Notes: generated from the sequence alone by a model not told the origin. A stretch of 64,000 nucleotides of DNA from an uncultured Gemmatimonadales bacterium (GCA_963711915.1 CAVQGA010000003.1:73231-137230); one strand, 5' to 3'; shown: positions 46,833 to 56,547, counted from the first letter of the stretch. A program made the numbers and translations.

Positions 46833-47717
46833 ATGACCGCCCCCGAGACATCCGCGGCGCCCGCCGCCCCCGCCCGCAAGCCCCGGGACGATGAGATCGA
46901 CGTGTATGGGTTCACCCACCCGGGGAAGGTCCGGAAGGAGAACCAGGATCACTTCCTGATCTGCGCCCTCCGAAAACAGATGGTGGTGCAGCAGACCAGC
47001 CTGCCCACGCCCGACAGCCTCATGGCCGAGAGCCAGCGTCTCGCGCTGCTCATGATGGTGGCGGACGGCGTCGGCGGCGGGGCCAAGGGCGAGGAGGCGA
47101 GCCGGCTCGCCCTCGAGGCCGTCAGCCAGTACGTCGCCCGCAGCATGCGCTGCTACTATGCCGCCGGCTCGGCGCACGACGAGGAGTTCTTCGAAGCGCT
47201 CGAGACCGTCGCCGCCCAATGCCACGCCGAGCTGCTGAGACGGGGCGAGGAGAACGCCGAATACCGCGGGATGGCCACCACGCTGACGCTCTACCTGGGC
47301 GTCTGGCCCCGCGCGTTCCTCCTCCAGGTCGGCGACAGCCGCTGCTACCTGCTGCGCGACGGCGAGCTGACCCAGATCACCCGCGACCAGACGATGGCGC
47401 AGGAGCTGATCGATCTCGGCGTCCTGACCCGGAGCGACGCTTCCACCACCAAGCTGGCACACACGCTGTCGAGCTCGATCGGCGGCCGCCAGACCGCGCC
47501 CGCCGTCACCCGGATGGACCTCGCGTGGGGCAACGTCGTTCTGCTCTGCAGCGACGGACTCACCCGGCACGTCCCCGACGACCGGATCCGGGAACACCTC
47601 CGCACCATGACGTCCGCCAAGCAGGTGTGCGAGGACCTCGTGCACGAGGCGCTGGCGGACGGCGGGAGCGACAACATTACCGTCATCGTCCGCCGGGCGC
47701 TGGCAAGCGAGACTTGA
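46833..47717 (+). CDS. PP2C-family Ser/Thr protein phosphatase
   Basis: AGGAGG lies 7 nt upstream of ATG 46833. Motifs GFTHPGKVRKENQDHF, MVADGVGG, LLCSDGLT, GGSDNITVIV. Confidence 0.85.
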   Translation: MTAPETSAAPAAPARKPRDDEIDVYGFTHPGKVRKENQDHFLICALRKQMVVQQTSLPTPDSLMAESQRLALLMMVADGVGGGAKGEEASRLALEAVSQYVARSMRCYYAAGSAHDEEFFEALETVAAQCHAELLRRGEENAEYRGMATTLTLYLGVWPRAFLLQVGDSRCYLLRDGELTQITRDQTMAQELIDLGVLTRSDASTTKLAHTLSSSIGGRQTAPAVTRMDLAWGNVVLLCSDGLTRHVPDDRIREHLRTMTSAKQVCEDLVHEALADGGSDNITVIVRRALASET

Positions 47718-47771
47718 GCCGCCTAGGCGGACGGGGCACACGGCGCCATCTTTGGGCCCTGAACCCAGACC

Positions 47772-48010
47772 ATGCCTGAGCTCGCGGCCCGGCTCCAGAT
47801 GGCTCTATCCGACCGAGACCGCCTCGAAGGCGAGACTGATGCCGGAGGCATGGCCACGGTCTACCTGTGAGGAGTTCAGACACGCCCGGCGCGTGGCCTC
47901 CGACGACCGCCGCTTCGTCATGCGCCGGGGCGTCACACCGGCAAGAGGAGAGTGAATTGATTCTAATGGAGAACTGGTTCGAGGAGCTGAAGGCCCGGAC
48001 CCGCAAGTGA
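47772..48010 (+). pseudogene. deletion remnant of a Ser/Thr protein kinase gene (first ~30 and last ~15 codons only)
   Basis: 47772-47870 reads MPELAARLQMALSDRDRLEGETDAGGMATVYL*, which is the kinase N-terminus plus glycine loop. 47966-48010 reads MENWFEELKARTRK*, a C-terminal tail I take to be typical of long kinases of this lineage. About 2-3 kb of coding sequence between them is absent. Confidence 0.5.
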
Positions 48011-48031
48011 GCTGACCCCGCACCGACCCGT

Positions 48032-48528
48032 ATGTCCTATATCGAGTGCCCCGACTGTGGCCAGAAGGCACTAAGCGTCGCGACCCGATGCCCTCGCTGC
48101 GGCCACAACTACCCTCCGCAATCGGTCTGGAGTCAGGCGTCGACGCCCGCGCGGCGGCGGAGCCGGCGCAGCCCGCGCGAGGGCTGCCCGCACCGCTGCC
48201 GGCCGCCCCGCTGCCGGCCGGCCCGCCGCCGGTCGCCACCGGCGGCAGCGCCCCCGCGGTGCCCACGCTTCCGGCGCCGCCCGCCACGCGATCGCCGGGT
48301 CCCGGGCCGTCCGGGACGCGGAAGATTCGACGCTACGCCCGAACCTGGGTCAATGTGCGGGAAGCTCGCGCCCGCGGCGCGGCCGCCGTGCTGGTGCTCC
48401 GTCCCGGCGAAGCGGTGGTGGTGGATTCACTCCGGCGCGGCTGGTACCGCGTGTTGGCCGACGGCGCGCCCGTCGGCTATGTTCATCGCTCGAATCTCGA
48501 TTCCGGTCCCACGTCCACTCAGCCCTGA
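48032..48528 (+). CDS. zinc-ribbon + Pro-rich linker + bacterial SH3 domain protein, with an apparent frameshift in the linker
   Basis: The frame of 48032 reads MSYIECPDCGQKALSVATRCPRCGHNYP (4-Cys ribbon) and then junk. The frame of 48046 reads a Pro/Ala linker, then ARTWVNVREARARGAAAVLVLRPGEAVVVDSLRRGWYRVLADGAPVGYVHRSNL (SH3_3-like), ending at 48528. Confidence 0.55.
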
Positions 48529-49061
48529 GCGCCACCGTCTCCCGCGAACGCGGTGCCGCCGCCTCCCGACCGCAATCGCATGATCCCGACTCCTGCTGCT
48601 CAGTCTCGCGCTGGCGGTGCTCCGCCCCGGCACACCCGCCGCCCTGGCGGGGCGGGTGACGCCACGGCGACCGGAAGATCCCGAGCACCCAAGACCCGCG
48701 GTCCTCGTCCGGCGCGCTCTCCGGGCGGTCGAGGGGCCAGGGCCGGAACCTCACGGGACCCACGTGGCCCTGAGAGCGGCGCTGCTGTTGGGAGCGGGAT
48801 ACGTCGTGATACGGCTGGTTCACGAAAGGAGATCGCACACCGAATAGAGCCGACTCGAGCGCCGTTGAGCCGAACGGTTCGCGTGAGCTGCAGGATGGAC
48901 TCCAGGCCCTGGACCCGTTCCCGCGCGTGGCGAGGAACGCGATCCGTGTGACGGTGGACCAAACCGGCTGAAACTGCCCTCCCGGCTGAGCGTAGGTCTA
49001 GAAGGACCCCCAACCACCGAACTTCGCGCAGTTCACATTCGCAACGCCGCCGGAGGACCCA

Positions 49062-50588
49062 ATGCCACCCGCATGGACCCCGCCACCCATCCGCTTCGCT
49101 GCGGCCGCCCTGCTGACCCTGCTGGCCGCCTGCGGCGCCAGGAAGCCCGAACCCGATACCGCCAGCGCCAGCGCCACCGTGACCGACACGGCCGCCGGGA
49201 CCTGGGAGAAGAACAAGGACGCCGTGCCCGTCACCAGCGGCTCGGACGAGGCCCGCAAGCTCTACCTCCAGGGCCGCACGCTCTCGGAGAACCTCCGCGC
49301 GCACGACGGCCGGCAGCTGTACGAGCAAGCGGTCGCGAAGGACCCCTCGTTCGCCATGGCGCACTATCAGCTCGCCGTCAATTCGGCTACCGCCAAGGAT
49401 TTCTTCGCGCACGTGAAGGAGGCGGTCGCGCTCTCGCCCAAGGTTTCCGAAGGCGAGCGGCTGACGATTCTGGCGCTGGAGGCGGGCGGCAACGCCAACC
49501 CCGCGAAGGCGCTCGAGTACTCCAAGGAGCTGGTGGCGAAGTATCCCGGTGACGAGCGCGCCCACTTCACCCTGGGCAACGCCTATTTCGGCCAGCAGCA
49601 ATACGCCGAGGCGATCGCCGAATACCAGAAGTCGACCGCCATCAATCCGAGTTTCTCGCCCGCCTACAACTTGCTCGGCTACGCCTACCGCGCACTCGAG
49701 CGCTACGACGAAGCCGAGGTGGCCTTCAAGAAGTACATCGAGCTCATCCCGGACGATCCCAATCCGTACGATTCCTACGCCGAGCTGCTGATGAAGACCG
49801 GCCGGTTCGACGAATCGATCGCGCAGTACCGGAAGGCGCTCGCGGTCGATCCTCACTTCTCCAACTCGCGGGTCGGGATCGCCACCAATCTCATGCTCCA
49901 GGGCAAACATGCCGAAGGTGCGGCGGAGATGGACAGGTTCTACGCGGCCGCGCGCGACGACGGCGACCGGCGCTTCGCGCTGTTCGCCAAGAGCGTGATC
50001 CTGGTGGATGGCGGGAAGACCGATGCGGCGGTCAAGGAGGTCGAGAGGGAGTACGCTCTCGACGAGCGTCTGGCCGATTCCGCCAACATGAGCGGCGATG
50101 CCCAGCTCGTCGGCAACATCCTGCTCGACGCCGGCCGCTCCGATGCCGCGGCCAAGCGTTTCTCGCAGGCGCTCGATCTGGTCGAGAAGTCGAGCTTGTC
50201 GGATGAAGTGAAGCAGGACACCCGGCTCGCCGATCACTATAACCGCGCTCGCGTGGCCCTCGCGAAGGGGGAGGTGGCGACCGCGAAGACGGAGGCCAAG
50301 ACCTACGCCGATGGCGCCAGCGCCCGCCGGAACTCCTTCCGTGTCCGGCAGGCCCACGAGCTGATGGGCAGCATCGCGCTGCAGGAGAAGCAGTACGACG
50401 ACGCCATCACGCACCTGGGTCAGGCGAACCAGCAGGATCCGCAGGTGGTCTACCTGACGGCGTTGGCCTATGCCGGCAAGGGCGATGGGGCCAAGGCCAA
50501 GACGCTGGCGGCGAAGGCGGCGAACGCCAACGTGCTCCCGTTGGCCAGCTACGCGTTCGTGCGGGAGAAGGCGAAGAAGATGTCCTGA
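49062..50588 (+). CDS. TPR-repeat lipoprotein (508 aa)
   Basis: Lipobox LTLLAAC. Repeated TPR consensus (AHFTLGNAYFGQQQYAEAIAEYQKSTAINPSFSPAYNLLGYAY...). Confidence 0.8.
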   Translation: MPPAWTPPPIRFAAAALLTLLAACGARKPEPDTASASATVTDTAAGTWEKNKDAVPVTSGSDEARKLYLQGRTLSENLRAHDGRQLYEQAVAKDPSFAMAHYQLAVNSATAKDFFAHVKEAVALSPKVSEGERLTILALEAGGNANPAKALEYSKELVAKYPGDERAHFTLGNAYFGQQQYAEAIAEYQKSTAINPSFSPAYNLLGYAYRALERYDEAEVAFKKYIELIPDDPNPYDSYAELLMKTGRFDESIAQYRKALAVDPHFSNSRVGIATNLMLQGKHAEGAAEMDRFYAAARDDGDRRFALFAKSVILVDGGKTDAAVKEVEREYALDERLADSANMSGDAQLVGNILLDAGRSDAAAKRFSQALDLVEKSSLSDEVKQDTRLADHYNRARVALAKGEVATAKTEAKTYADGASARRNSFRVRQAHELMGSIALQEKQYDDAITHLGQANQQDPQVVYLTALAYAGKGDGAKAKTLAAKAANANVLPLASYAFVREKAKKMS

Positions 50589-51237
50589 GTGTGTCGTGCG
50601 ATCCCGGCCGGGGCAAGAGCGCCCCGGCGGGACACCCGGTACGCATCGGGGAAACTCGGTGATTGACACCCACGGTACCGGGCCCTACTCATGGAGGGTA
50701 CCTCGCGGGAGAGGAGGACTCCACGGCCTTCGCCGAGACTCGGGTACCCACGAAGCGATCGCCGGCCCATGAATCGATCCTACCGCAGGCTGACCGCATA
50801 CCGCAGGACCACGTGAGAAGCTCGACAGCCCGGAACGACCGGGACTGACGAACTCGAGAGCGGCACGACCGCCGCGAGCCGTTAGGCGCCGGGGACCATC
50901 GGAATGGTCTCCGGTTTTCGTGTTCGGACGACGTGCGATCATCTCCGTCGGCGGTCCCGCGGGCCGGCGCGCCGACTGAGCGGCAGCCGCGACTGCGGTC
51001 GCCGGACATTTGATTCGGCGGTGGGGCGCCGGCCGGAACTCGGCCGGTGCCCTCGTCGCTCGGTGGAACCTTGGCCGTCCCCCTCTCCACACCATCCCAT
51101 CTGGACGCCGGGATCCGGCTGGTTCGTCGGACGGCGGCGCTTGCCTCCGCCTCGCCCGCATGAGAGATTTGTCTCTACCCTCCCCTTCAACAGCGAATTC
51201 GGTCGGCGCGCGCTCGGTGCCCTCCTGGGGTCCTGCG

Positions 51238-53972
51238 ATGCACCCTGGACGTCTCTCTGCACCATCGCCGTCCTCGGCCTGGCCTCCGTGGTCATCTGGT
51301 CGGGATGTGGCGGCGGCGCTGACATCGCGGAGCCCGCCGTCGGCACCCTGGAGATCACCACCGAGACCTCCGGCCCCGAGGCGGACGCCGACGGTTACGC
51401 CGTCAGCCTCGACGGGGCCGCGGCCCAACCGGTCGGCGTCAACGCGACGGTTCGGTATGCGGGGCTGGACGTGGGTGCGCATACCGTGGAGCTCACGAAC
51501 CTCGCGCCCAATTGCACCCTCGCCGGCGACGCCCGGCTCGACGTCACCGTCTCGGCCGGGGCGGTAGCGGCGGCCCGGTTCACGGTGGCCTGCGTCCCGA
51601 CGACGGGCTCCATCCAGGTCACCACCATCGCCGGCGTCCCCGCGGATCCTGATGGCTACACCCTCCTGCTCGATGGGGTCGCGGGCCAGTCCATCCCAGC
51701 CAGCGCCACGCTGACGCTCCAGAGCGTCGCGCCGGGTACTCACACCGTGGGGCTCGCCGACATCGCCCAGAGCTGCAGCGTCGAAGGCGAGAATCCCCGT
51801 GCCGTGTCCGTGATCGCGGGCCTGGCGACCATGGTCGCGATCTCCGTGAGCTGCACGCCGCCCCCGCCGGGCACCGGCAACCTCACGGTCACCACCGCGA
51901 CCACCGGCGCCAGCCCCGATCCCGACGGATACACCGTATCGCTGGATGGAGGATCTCCTCGTGCCGTCGCCGACGGCGCCGGCGTGACGTTCGACGGCCT
52001 CGAGCCTCGGTCCCACACCCTGCGCCTCGGCGGCGTCGCGTCCAACTGCGACGTTCAGGGTCAGAATCCCCGCTCCGTCACCGTCGCCGAGGGCGCGACC
52101 GCCGTCGCCGCGTTCAATGTGACGTGCACCGCGACGACCGGGAGCCTCTCCATCACCATCGCTGGGCTCCCGGGCGGCACCAACGCGAGCGTGACCGTCA
52201 CCGGTCCGAACGGGTTCAACCAGCCGGTCACGGGCACCGGGACGCTGTCCGACCTCCAGCCCGGGGGCTACACCGTGGCGGCCGCCGCGGTGACGAGCGC
52301 CGGCACGACGTACACGCCTTCCCCGGCCAGCAGGACCGTGACCGTCGCCGCCGTGGGCACCGCCAGCGCGACCGTCACGTATAGCGGCGCCGCCGCGCCG
52401 ACGCTCAACCTCCGGATCGACGGCTGGTCGCTGTCGCAGAGTGTCCAGAATCCCGCCGGCGACGTGCCGCTGGTCGACAATCGCGATGGATACCTGCGCG
52501 TGTTCGTGCTGGCGAATCGGGCGAACACGGCGAAGCCGCCGGTCCGGGTACGCTTGTATCGGAACGGCGGGCTGATCGCGACTTTCACGATCCCGGCCCC
52601 GGGCGCATCGGTGCCCACCAGCCGCGACGAGGGCCGCCTGTCCAGCACATGGAATATGAAGATTCCGCGAACGCTCATCACGCCGGGCTTCGGCGTGCTC
52701 GCCGACGTGGACCCGGGCGGCGCGATCCCGGAACAGGACGAGACCGACAACGTCTTTCCGGCGTCCGGCACTCCCGAGACCGAGACCGTGCGCTCGGTCC
52801 CGTTACTCGCGATCAGCTTCATCCCCGTGAGACAGGGAGCCAGCGGTCCATTGGGAGATGTCACGCTCGCGAACAGGCCACAGTACTTCGACCTCACGCG
52901 CCGCATGCATCCGACCGCGGTCACCGACGCCAGCGTCCACCTTCCCTACTCCACCGATCAGGAGCTCCAGCCCGGCGACGCGAACGGAGGGTGGGGCAAC
53001 CTTCTCGACGACATCGAAGCTCTGCGGGTAGCCGAAGGCAGCGACCGCAACTACTACGCGGTGGTGCACGTGGACTATGCCGCGGGGATCGTCGGGCTCG
53101 GCCTGCCCGGCGGCCTGTCGGCGGTCGGCTACGACGCCGACCCCGACCGGGCTCGGGTGATGGCCCACGAGCTGGGGCACAACTGGGGCCGGATGCACTC
53201 GCCCTGCGGATCGCCCGGCGGCGTCGATCCGGATTATCCCTATGCCGGCGGTTTGATCGGCGTGTACGGCCTGGACATGCGCGACGGCATCCTCAAGCCG
53301 CCGACGTCGCCCGACATCATGGGTAATTGCACCAACAGCCCTTGGGTGAGCGACTACACCTACCGGGGAGTGCTCGACTTTCGCGCCGCCGCCTCGGCGA
53401 GAGCAGCGGCGACCGCCGCGGTGGACGCGGTTGCCCAGCCCTGTCTGCTGGTCTGGGGCCGCATCGTCGATGGACGCCCGATACTCGAGCCGGCATTCGA
53501 GGTGACCACGCGACCGAGCCTCCCCAAGGCCCCGGGGCCGTACACGGTGCAGGGCCTCGCGGCGGACGGATCGAGGGTCTTCGACCTCGCATTCGACGCG
53601 GCAGCCGTGGCCGACGACCCGCGCGGCTCGCGGCACTTCGCGTTCGCCGTGCCGCTCGGTGCCGCCGGTGGACGGATCGAGCACCTGCGACTCGCTGGAC
53701 CGGGCGGGGCCGCGGACGTCGAGCGCACGGTCGCACCGGCCGCTGCCGCGCCGACGGCGGAACCGGTGACCGCCCGCCGCGTCCCGGGTGGCGTCGTCCT
53801 GCGCTGGGACGCGGTTGCCCATCCGATGCTGATGGTGCGCGACCCCGATACCGGCCAGGTTCTGTCCTTCGCTCGAGGCGGCGAAGCCGAAATCGCGACC
53901 GCCAAGGGGGAGCTGAGCATCGCCGCGTCCGATCAGGTGAGGAGCCAGGCGGCGCGCGTAATCGTCCGGTGA
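51238..53972 (+). CDS. secreted metzincin-type zinc metalloprotease with three tandem ~88-aa N-terminal domains; start region frame-shifted/uncertain
   Basis: HELGHNWGRMH (HExxHxxGxxH) in the C-terminal half. The coding-like sequence begins at the signal-peptide-like CTIAVLGLASVVIWSGCGGG. It has no in-frame ATG/GTG/TTG nearby. ATG 51238 is in the +1 frame. Confidence 0.75.
51342..52135 (+). repeat. three tandem intragenic domain repeats (~264 bp each) inside the metalloprotease gene
   Basis: The units begin GTLEITTETSGPEADADGYAVSLDG, GSIQVTTIAGVPADPDGYTLLLDG and GNLTVTTATTGASPDPDGYTVSLDG. Each ends with a ...NC..G.NPR.V.V..G......F.V.C pattern. Confidence 0.6.
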
Positions 53973-53992
53973 CCGACCAGAAAGCCGGGGAG

Positions 53993-54052
53993 TTGACGGC
54001 GTTTCAGCCTGGTACTAAGATATATCGTAAGCTATATCGCATCGACATATCG
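53993..54052 (+). promoter_or_regulatory. putative sigma70-type promoter and AT-rich direct-repeat operator upstream of the PadR operon
   Basis: TTGACG (53993-53998), a 17-nt spacer, then TAAGAT (54016-54021). This overlaps three direct repeats: TATATCG (54021-54027), TATATCG (54033-54039) and ATATCG (54047-54052). GGGAGG lies before ATG 54073. Confidence 0.4.
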
Positions 54053-54072
54053 TGGCTTAGGGAGGCCATCCC

Positions 54073-54642
54073 ATGTGCAGTCAGCGTAGCGGGTTCGATT
54101 TCGGCGCCGCCTTCCCCTTCTGGGGTCGCGGCTGGGGTACCTGGGGACCGGGCAAGGGGCGGGGGCGGCGCCAGATGTTCGAGGCCGGCGAGATCAAGTT
54201 CGTCATCCTCCGTCTCCTCAAGGAAAAGCCCCGTCACGGATACGAGGTCATCAAGGACCTCGAAGAGCGTATGGGCGGGTGCTATACGCCGTCGCCGGGC
54301 ACCGTGTATCCCACCCTCCAGATGCTCGAAGACCAGGGGTACGTGCGCGGCGTCGAAGCCGAGGGGAAGAAGGTGTACGAGGTCACTCCCGAGGGCCTGA
54401 AGTACCTCGAGGAGCATCGCGATTTGCTCGACGAAATCGTGGACCGCGTGCGGGAGACCGTGCGGGACTTCACGGGCGGCGCCGTAGGCGAGTTGCAGTC
54501 CGAGTTCGCCCGCCTCGCGCGCGGCACGTTCCGCCACGCCTGGCGGCGCGGCCCGGACGATCCGGCGGTCAAGCGCGTGGCGGAGATTCTCAAGCAGGCG
54601 GCCGACGACATCGAACGCGCCTGGCAGACCACAACGCTCTAG
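54073..54642 (+). CDS. PadR family transcriptional regulator with Gly/Trp-rich N-terminal extension
   Basis: The winged-helix core reads IKFVILRLLKEKPRHGYEVIKDLEERMGGCYTPSPGTVYPTLQMLEDQGYV. Confidence 0.9.
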   Translation: MCSQRSGFDFGAAFPFWGRGWGTWGPGKGRGRRQMFEAGEIKFVILRLLKEKPRHGYEVIKDLEERMGGCYTPSPGTVYPTLQMLEDQGYVRGVEAEGKKVYEVTPEGLKYLEEHRDLLDEIVDRVRETVRDFTGGAVGELQSEFARLARGTFRHAWRRGPDDPAVKRVAEILKQAADDIERAWQTTTL

Positions 54643-54918
54643 ATGCTCGAGGGTGATACGATGTGGTTCGGATTCATGTGGTGGTGGATCATTCCGCTCG
54701 TGTTCTTTCTCATGCTGCGGGATCGAGGCCAGCGGCGCTGGAGACGGCGGGAGGCGTGGAACGGGGACGGGCAAAACGTGGCCGAGCTTCGGCAGGTGGT
54801 CGAGAAGCAGCGCGGTTACATCGAGGACCTGGAGTCGCGGCTGACGCGGGTAGAGGACGGGCTGGAGTTCGCCGAGCGTCTGCTGGCGGAGCGGGGCGCG
54901 GCCCCTCAGCCGTCATGA
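54643..54918 (+). CDS. small membrane protein with coiled-coil tail (PadR-operon partner)
   Basis: ATG immediately after the padR stop (TAGATG). The alternative start is ATG 54661. TM segment MWFGFMWWWIIPLVFFLML is followed by ELRQVVEKQRGYIEDLESRLTRVEDGLEFAERLL. Confidence 0.6.
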   Translation: MLEGDTMWFGFMWWWIIPLVFFLMLRDRGQRRWRRREAWNGDGQNVAELRQVVEKQRGYIEDLESRLTRVEDGLEFAERLLAERGAAPQPS

Positions 54919-54925
54919 CGCGAGC

Positions 54926-55402
54926 TCACGGACTTCGAGGCGCCGTCACCGGCGCCTCGAGGTGCGTGGTGCTCACCGGACCGACACCCTGGATCTGCAG
55001 CACAGTGCCGCGCGGCGCCCACCAGAAGTAGGGCGTGCCCCGTGGAACGAGGAGGAAGCTCTCGGGGCCGAGCGGGCGGACGCCTTGGAGATCGAACCGA
55101 GAACCGCGACCGGCGTAGAGCGCGCCCTTCAGGACGGTGAGGTGCAGCTCCCGGTCCTCCGATCGCGGAGGCGCCCGGAAGTTCCGGCCGAAGGCCAAAC
55201 GCTCCGCGAACAACCCCGGCCGGCGGCGGTCCCCAGCCAGGCGCTGGATTTTCGGCGCCACCGTATCGCCAGGGGATACATGCGGCGTGCGGCCCTGCGC
55301 CACGACCGTCATGGTTCCGGCCCCGAGCCAGACACCGAGGGCCGCCACGGCCACTGCGACGCCGCGGAAAGGGAAACCCGTCTGAGCTGCGCACCTGGGC
55401 AT
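54926..55402 (-). CDS. putative secreted cupin-fold protein
   Basis: Start at internal ATG 55402 with a signal-like GVAVAVAALGVWLGAG. LHLTVLKGALYAG...FLLVPRGTPYFWWAPRGTVLQIQGVGP resembles a cupin barrel. The usual His ligands are not obvious. Confidence 0.5.
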   Translation of the reverse strand: MPRCAAQTGFPFRGVAVAVAALGVWLGAGTMTVVAQGRTPHVSPGDTVAPKIQRLAGDRRRPGLFAERLAFGRNFRAPPRSEDRELHLTVLKGALYAGRGSRFDLQGVRPLGPESFLLVPRGTPYFWWAPRGTVLQIQGVGPVSTTHLEAPVTAPRSP

Positions 55403-55485
55403 CAGCCGCTCGACTCCACCCGAAATTCGCCGAACTGCAATCACGGTTTGCTCGCCTTGATCGACGCCGCGCCCGCTCGATCGCC

Positions 55486-56544
55486 TTACGAGCGCGGCTC
55501 GCCGGCGAGCCGCGCCAGCCGACCCCGCGCGGCGTCCACCGCCGGCCGGAGCCGGGCGTCGCACGCGCCCCACAGCCGCACGAAGCGCGAGTAGCTGTCG
55601 ATCGCCTTCTGCTTCTCGCCCTGGCGCTCGTAGATGTCGCCGAGACGCAGCGCGGTCTGCGCCCGAAATGCCATCTCATCGGGCGTGCCGCCGAAGCCGT
55701 GGGCCAGCCAGCGCAGGGCCTCGCCGTCATCGCCAATGCCCAGCAGCGCCTCGGCGCGGAGGAAGCGGACGTAGTCCTCGCTGAACGGCGTCCTGCCGCT
55801 CAGATCCAGCGGCACCTCGCCGCCGCGAACAGCATCGAGCACCTTGAGCGCGTCCGCGGGGCGGCGCGCGCCGAGCGCGACATCGGCTCGGACGGCGGCC
55901 GCGAGCGATCGTACGACGGGCCGGTTTCCGTCCGCCACCTGTGCCGCCTCAAGCTGCGCCGCCGCTTTGAGGGCGGCCTCCGCCCGGCCCAACCGTGAAT
56001 CCAGCAATCCGAGGACGTAGAGCTGAACCTGGGGCAGCATCTCGTTCGCGGGCCCGGGGCCGGCCGGCTCCGTGGCCGCCTCCCAGCCCGCGACGTCCGC
56101 CCGGATCGCCTCGAGCTCCGCGCGGGGTACGGCCAGGAATGGCAGCGTGGCCAGGAGCCCGCGCGAGATCCGAGCCCCCGGATCCGTCGCGCCCCGCTCC
56201 CCCGCGGTCAGCGCGCTATCCGCCGCCGTCCAGCGGCCCTGCGCGATCAGATTCGTGGCGAGCACCACGTTGGTGCGCGCGCGACGCTCGGTCCGCGCCG
56301 CGGCCGCCCGCGCGAACGGCTCGGCCACGTCCGGCCGCCCAAGCCACTCGCCGATCTGCCAGACGGCGTTGACCACTTCCCCCGGCGACACCGCCCCGCC
56401 GGCCTCGCCCAGCAACCGCCTCACCGTCGCGCTGTCGCCCTGCGCCACGGCGAACATCGCGCTGTCGGCGTAGTCTTTCCCTACACGCCCGACCAGCGAG
56501 TCGGCCCTTGCAAGATCATCCTCGCGCACGGCGAGGTGCATCAT
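55486..56544 (-). CDS. TPR-like helical-repeat protein; in-frame continuation of the upstream kinase ORF after a TGA
   Basis: Starts ATG ATG at 56544-56539, one codon after the kinase stop and in the same frame. The product has helical-repeat composition. Confidence 0.7.
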   Translation of the reverse strand: MMHLAVREDDLARADSLVGRVGKDYADSAMFAVAQGDSATVRRLLGEAGGAVSPGEVVNAVWQIGEWLGRPDVAEPFARAAAARTERRARTNVVLATNLIAQGRWTAADSALTAGERGATDPGARISRGLLATLPFLAVPRAELEAIRADVAGWEAATEPAGPGPANEMLPQVQLYVLGLLDSRLGRAEAALKAAAQLEAAQVADGNRPVVRSLAAAVRADVALGARRPADALKVLDAVRGGEVPLDLSGRTPFSEDYVRFLRAEALLGIGDDGEALRWLAHGFGGTPDEMAFRAQTALRLGDIYERQGEKQKAIDSYSRFVRLWGACDARLRPAVDAARGRLARLAGEPRS

Positions 56545-56547
56545 GGG

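Noticed and set aside
50904-51237. ATG 50904 as the metalloprotease start
   Set aside because: It would add ~110 Arg/Pro/Ser-rich residues in front of an otherwise normal signal peptide. That composition is non-coding-like.
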